From Deltaproteobacteria bacterium GWC2_55_46 (GTDB lineage: Bacteria; Desulfobacterota; GWC2-55-46), in assembly GCA_001595385.3 (NCBI GenBank), contig LVEI03000001.1, positions 2,235,344-2,299,343 on the forward strand: a stretch of 64,000 bases of DNA, in the 5' to 3' direction. This document shows, in pieces, positions 60,495 to 64,000 of this stretch. A program made the position numbers and the translations under genes. How positions within the stretch are numbered: the first letter of the stretch is position 1; each line of letters opens with the position of its first letter. The notes below the pieces were generated by a model that was not told where the DNA came from, ran no database searches, and saw only the letters and a list, made by a program, of their open reading frames with translations.

Positions 60495-62135
60495 ATGTCC
60501 AAGATAACGAGATGGGAGCCGGAGAACGAACAGTTCTGGCGCGAGACCGGCAGCAAGATCGGATGGACCACATGCGGGATAACTACATTCTCGCTGGTAT
60601 TTTCCTTCACCACGTGGTTCGTCATGAGCGCCGTGGTCGTCAGGCTTCCGAACATAGGCTTCAAGTTCTCTTCCATGGAGCTCTTCTGGCTTGCGGCCAT
60701 ACCTGGGTTCGCCTCCGGCATATTGAGGCTGATCTACTCCTACTTCATCCCCGTCCTGGGGACGAGGCCGGTCATAAGCATTACTACGATCATCAAGATC
60801 TTCCCCATGATATGGCTCGGCTTCGCGGTGCAGGACACCAGCACGCCGTGGAGCACCTTCATGATAATCGGCTTCCTGAGCGGCTTGGGCGGAGGAGACT
60901 TCTCGGCGTACATGCCCTCGACCAGCATCTTCTTCCCGAAGAGGCTGCAGGGGCTCGCGATGGGCATCCAGGCCGGCATAGGCAATTTCGGCGTGAGCGT
61001 CGTACAGTTCGTCACGCCCTGGATAGTAAGCTTCTCGATCATAGGCGGCGCCTACGGCGTGCCCCAGCTCTTTACAAAGATCGACGTTCTTAAGGACGTC
61101 GCGGTCACAAAAGACGCATCCGGCGTTGTCACCGATATTGTGCTTAAAAATCCGGCCCTGGCAAGCGCCATAACCGTTACGAAAGATGGCGGTGTGGTCA
61201 AGGACGTGCTCTTCCAGGAGACCGACGCTACCAAGAACATGAAGTTAGACCTCAAGAGGGACGCTTCCGGCTCGGTCACCGACGTAGCCGTAAAGAAGGT
61301 CGTCAAGAAGGACATGTGGGTACAGAACGCGGCTTTCTGGTATGTGCCGCTGTTGATCCTGGCCTTTATCCTCTCGGTCATATTCCTCAAGTCAATAGAC
61401 CCGGCCGCGCTCGGGTTCAAGGGCGGCAACTTCAAGAGGCAGTTTGAGATACTGAGCACCAAGAATAGGGCGCTCACTCATTCCTGGAACTGCACCATAA
61501 CCTATATCGCGTCATTCGGTTCGTTCTCCGGTTACGCGGCCGCTTTCCCGATGATGATAAAGGTCATCTACGGCGGCTTTGACGGCGCGCCGGACCCCTT
61601 GAAGTTCGCCTTCTTCGGCCCGCTCATCGGCGGCCTCTCCCGCGCCGCCACCGGCTGGATATTCGACAAGATCGGCGGCAGCAAGGGCATGCACTGGTGC
61701 CTCCTTGGCCAGATAGCGGGCTGTATTGCGTTGATATTCGGCGGCTATCTCACTCCGTCGGGGCTTGATAAGTTCCCGGTGTTCGTCTACATCATGCTCT
61801 GGATATTCCTTATGACGGGCATAAACAACGCCGCGACCTTCCGCCAGTACCCGATAGTCTTCGCGTACTCGCCCGCTAAGGGCGCTCAGATGCTCGGATG
61901 GACAGGCGCGTGGGCGGCCTTCGGACCGTTCATCTTCGCCTCGCTCATTGGAATGGCGATAACGAAGACTGGCAGCGCCATCCCGTTCTTCATCGGCGCG
62001 TCCATCTTCTACGCGTACGCCTTCATCATCAACTGGTATTACTACACCAGGAAGGGCGCTGAGAGGTATGACTATGGCACCAGCGGCGGCACCTGGTGGG
62101 ACACCGCAAAGAACACTTGGACCGGCGGTCAGTAG
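60495..62135 (+). CDS. narK: NarK-type nitrate/nitrite transporter, paralog 2, with an expanded TM5-TM6 loop
   Basis: 546 aa. NarK-like blocks (GGGDFSAYMP, GIQAGIGNFGVS, GAWAAFGPF), plus an ~85-aa hydrophilic region (aa 191-275) that is much longer than the corresponding E. coli NarK loop as I recall it. Confidence 0.88.
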   Translation: MSKITRWEPENEQFWRETGSKIGWTTCGITTFSLVFSFTTWFVMSAVVVRLPNIGFKFSSMELFWLAAIPGFASGILRLIYSYFIPVLGTRPVISITTIIKIFPMIWLGFAVQDTSTPWSTFMIIGFLSGLGGGDFSAYMPSTSIFFPKRLQGLAMGIQAGIGNFGVSVVQFVTPWIVSFSIIGGAYGVPQLFTKIDVLKDVAVTKDASGVVTDIVLKNPALASAITVTKDGGVVKDVLFQETDATKNMKLDLKRDASGSVTDVAVKKVVKKDMWVQNAAFWYVPLLILAFILSVIFLKSIDPAALGFKGGNFKRQFEILSTKNRALTHSWNCTITYIASFGSFSGYAAAFPMMIKVIYGGFDGAPDPLKFAFFGPLIGGLSRAATGWIFDKIGGSKGMHWCLLGQIAGCIALIFGGYLTPSGLDKFPVFVYIMLWIFLMTGINNAATFRQYPIVFAYSPAKGAQMLGWTGAWAAFGPFIFASLIGMAITKTGSAIPFFIGASIFYAYAFIINWYYYTRKGAERYDYGTSGGTWWDTAKNTWTGGQ

Positions 62136-62195
62136 TCCGGCAGTAAGCGCAAAGCCGTTAACCGGCGTTGCGCCTGTTGTAAACACTAGTCGCAA

Positions 62196-62231
62196 GCATG
62201 GGGGAGGGACATTCTCCCCCATGCTTTTTTT
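62196..62231 (+). terminator. Intrinsic terminator after narK paralog 2
   Basis: 11-bp stem GCATGGGGGAG/CTCCCCCATGC, 7-nt loop, seven T. Confidence 0.9.
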
Positions 62232-62336
62232 GTCAGGAAGCCATGCCGTGCCGCAATGATTTATGACTTCAGCGTCCTTGGATGTGGTAAACTATAGTAT
62301 TGTTTTCGGGTAATTAGGAAGGGATAGGTCAGAAAA

Positions 62337-62543
62337 ATGGGTTCTTTTGATACGGTATTGACTCTCGCAGGCATCACTTACGGAGTCATTCTGATACTGG
62401 CGACTTTCATAAACCACAAGGCGCTTGAGGCATTCAGGATAGATGCCCTGATTATGAGGAACCCCTCACAGTCAAGCAGGGGCTTAAACCTTGTTTGCGG
62501 CCTGGCGATCATCGGCTACAACGTCTATACTCTGGTCTGGTAA
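62337..62543 (+). CDS. Small two-TM membrane protein (hypothetical)
   Basis: 68 aa, two hydrophobic helices, followed by its own hairpin. No family recognised. Confidence 0.5.
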   Translation: MGSFDTVLTLAGITYGVILILATFINHKALEAFRIDALIMRNPSQSSRGLNLVCGLAIIGYNVYTLVW

Positions 62544-62617
62544 CAGATTGTTCAGTATCTATGCAAGTAGCTTCGAAAAGCAGATTCGCGCCTGTTTTAT
62601 GAAGCATCGAGAACTTA

Positions 62618-62648
62618 CAGGGGAAGCCAAAAGGCTCCCCTGATTTTG
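62618..62648 (+). terminator. Terminator-like hairpin after the small membrane protein gene
   Basis: CAGGGGAAGCC-AAAA-GGCTCCCCTG (one bulge), then ATTTTG. Confidence 0.55.
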
Positions 62649-62681
62649 TATGTATTTCAAGCAGTTGCCTGACCCCCCTCC

Positions 62682-62710
62682 TTGACGCCATCCGATCTCT
62701 AAGATATACT
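62682..62710 (+). promoter_or_regulatory. Sigma70-like promoter for the Cys-rich protein gene
   Basis: TTGACG (62682-62687), 17-nt spacer, TATACT (62705-62710). Confidence 0.5.
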
Positions 62711-62754
62711 TCCAGAGTAAACGAGCTTTTTTCCCTTAAAAATCGGAGGAAGCC

Positions 62755-63069
62755 ATGAGCAAGTATGACAGGCTGGACCGTTTCGGGGTAACGGTAATAA
62801 ACCAGGACGAGTACGAGCGCAAGCAGGCTTATGTCATCAAGCACTGCAAGTGTCAGGGCTGTCCCACATACGTGGCCGGGGACGCCCCGACCGGCTACTG
62901 TTTTCCGACTATCGGCACCAGCGACAAGATACACTACGAGAAGGAGTGCATCTGCAAGACTTGCCAGATCTATAAGGAATATGAGCTGAACCATTCCTTT
63001 TATTGCACAAGGTGCTCGCAGGTATGCCAGACCATGAAGACCGAGGGGGCCGCGGCCCAGGGGACTTAG
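62755..63069 (+). CDS. Small cysteine-rich protein (10 Cys in 104 aa, resembles DUF2769-type proteins)
   Basis: HCKCQGCPTY...GYC...ECICKTCQIY...YCTRCSQVC. SD GGAGGAAG upstream. The family assignment is from memory only. Confidence 0.65.
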   Translation: MSKYDRLDRFGVTVINQDEYERKQAYVIKHCKCQGCPTYVAGDAPTGYCFPTIGTSDKIHYEKECICKTCQIYKEYELNHSFYCTRCSQVCQTMKTEGAAAQGT

Positions 63070-63097
63070 ATGCCCACAGGGTCGATAGCCCTTGCAA

Positions 63098-63134
63098 GGG
63101 GGCGGGGAGGGGTCCCTCTCCGTCCCCTTTTTTT
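63098..63134 (+). terminator. Intrinsic terminator after the Cys-rich protein gene
   Basis: 13-bp stem (two G-U pairs), loop GGTC, seven T. Confidence 0.85.
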
Positions 63135-63260
63135 GTCAAAAACCCCTGTATTTAAGCCTATAGCGGCCTGTTTTGGTCTGGACAAAGAACGGGCAAATGT
63201 AGTAGAATTATTGGACACCCAAAATGGATCAGGGAAATTATATAAAGAGGAGATTCTGTA

Positions 63261-63764
63261 ATGGAGATTACCACCCCGGAGCAGGCTAAGGCAGCGATCA
63301 AGCAGTGGCTTGAGGACAACCATCACGACGTTAAGGAAATCAAGGACGAGAACGCCGTTTTCCATTTCGAGATAGATTATCCCCTCGGTTCCATGAAGAG
63401 GCAGAGGGTGCTTCAGCCTAAAGAGTTCCCCGGCCTGATAGTCGTGCTGAACGGCGTCAGCATCGCCAACGAGCATATGGAAAAGCTCAAGGGGATGAAC
63501 CCCAACGACAGGGATGCCTTCTACAGCGAGATAAGGAAGGACCTCCTGTTCCTCAAGAACAGCTATGACCTCAACATCGACGACACAGGGGTCGCCAAGC
63601 AGGTCCAGTTCTCGTACGAGTTCTACTATGACGGCCTCACCAAGACCAAGCTCTACGACGCGCTCCTGCTGAACCACAGGACGCTCCTGTACATAATCAC
63701 CAAGTTCAACGACGAGTTCGGCATGCCGGTTATGCCAGCCAAGGGCACCGAGGGCAACGCCTAA
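63261..63764 (+). CDS. Hypothetical cytoplasmic protein, 167 aa
   Basis: Clean ORF with SD AAGAGGAG. Hydrophilic, host-like codon usage. No family confidently recognised. Confidence 0.65.
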   Translation: MEITTPEQAKAAIKQWLEDNHHDVKEIKDENAVFHFEIDYPLGSMKRQRVLQPKEFPGLIVVLNGVSIANEHMEKLKGMNPNDRDAFYSEIRKDLLFLKNSYDLNIDDTGVAKQVQFSYEFYYDGLTKTKLYDALLLNHRTLLYIITKFNDEFGMPVMPAKGTEGNA

Positions 63765-63798
63765 TCACGCGGGTACGCCCCCTACTACGGAGGTTCTT

Positions 63799-64000
63799 AT
63801 GGCTCCACAGATGCTCGAGATCAAGTACGAGTGCCAGCACAAGTCCTGCTACGTAAACTGCAGGGAAGGAATACTCTGCCTTGAAGAGGGGCTCTTCAAC
63901 GACCTTAAGGCCGCTTATCTGGAAGAAGGGCTCTTCAGGAGCCCCAGGGGCGTTTGCAGGCTCGGCTTCTCACAGCCTTTTAAGGTAATAATGATGCAGC
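63799..64000 (+). CDS. Hypothetical Cys-containing protein, N-terminal fragment (runs off the window)
   Basis: ATG 63799 after GGAGG. MAPQMLEIKYECQHKSCYVNCREGILC..., open to the end of the window. Confidence 0.45.
   Translation, partial: MAPQMLEIKYECQHKSCYVNCREGILCLEEGLFNDLKAAYLEEGLFRSPRGVCRLGFSQPFKVIMMQ

Overview
Moderately GC-rich bacterial chromosomal segment (GC not computed), almost entirely core information-processing genes on the + strand. I saw no rRNA, CRISPR array or recognisable mobile element. Order from the left: phoH-like 3' end, pgpH, ybeY, Yip1-like membrane protein, DgkA-PAP2 fusion, lnt, and prfB with its +1 frameshift. Then the tRNA-Thr/Tyr/Gly/Thr-tuf cluster, rpmG, tRNA-Trp, secE, nusG, rplKAJL and rpoBC. 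Then the str operon (rpsL, rpsG, fusA, a second identical tuf), complete S10, spc and alpha operons, and rplQ. After a strong terminator near 40.5 kb the window turns accessory: HU-like protein, BamE-like lipoprotein, GAF-GGDEF cyclase, pabB/pabC, ispG, HIT protein, Zn alcohol dehydrogenase and an ABC-F ATPase. From about 49.9 kb there is a respiratory nitrate reductase locus: usp, narK-type transporter 1, a ~960-nt poorly explained gap, membrane-anchored cytochrome c, narGHJI, and narK-type transporter 2. Small Cys-rich and unknown proteins follow it. The observations most worth a second look are these. (1) A 76-nt head-to-tail repeat array in the nusG-rplK leader, whose units carry an L1-operator-like motif. 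(2) The cytochrome c-narGHJI-narK arrangement, which resembles cytoplasm-facing NXR-type loci. (3) A narK paralog with an expanded, internally repeated periplasmic loop. (4) An AT-rich control region upstream of the nar locus with three GTTAC/GTAAC palindromes. (5) A four-Cys insertion in both EF-Tu copies. I found no clearly novel multi-gene system. All homology calls come from reading the translations, since no searches were run.
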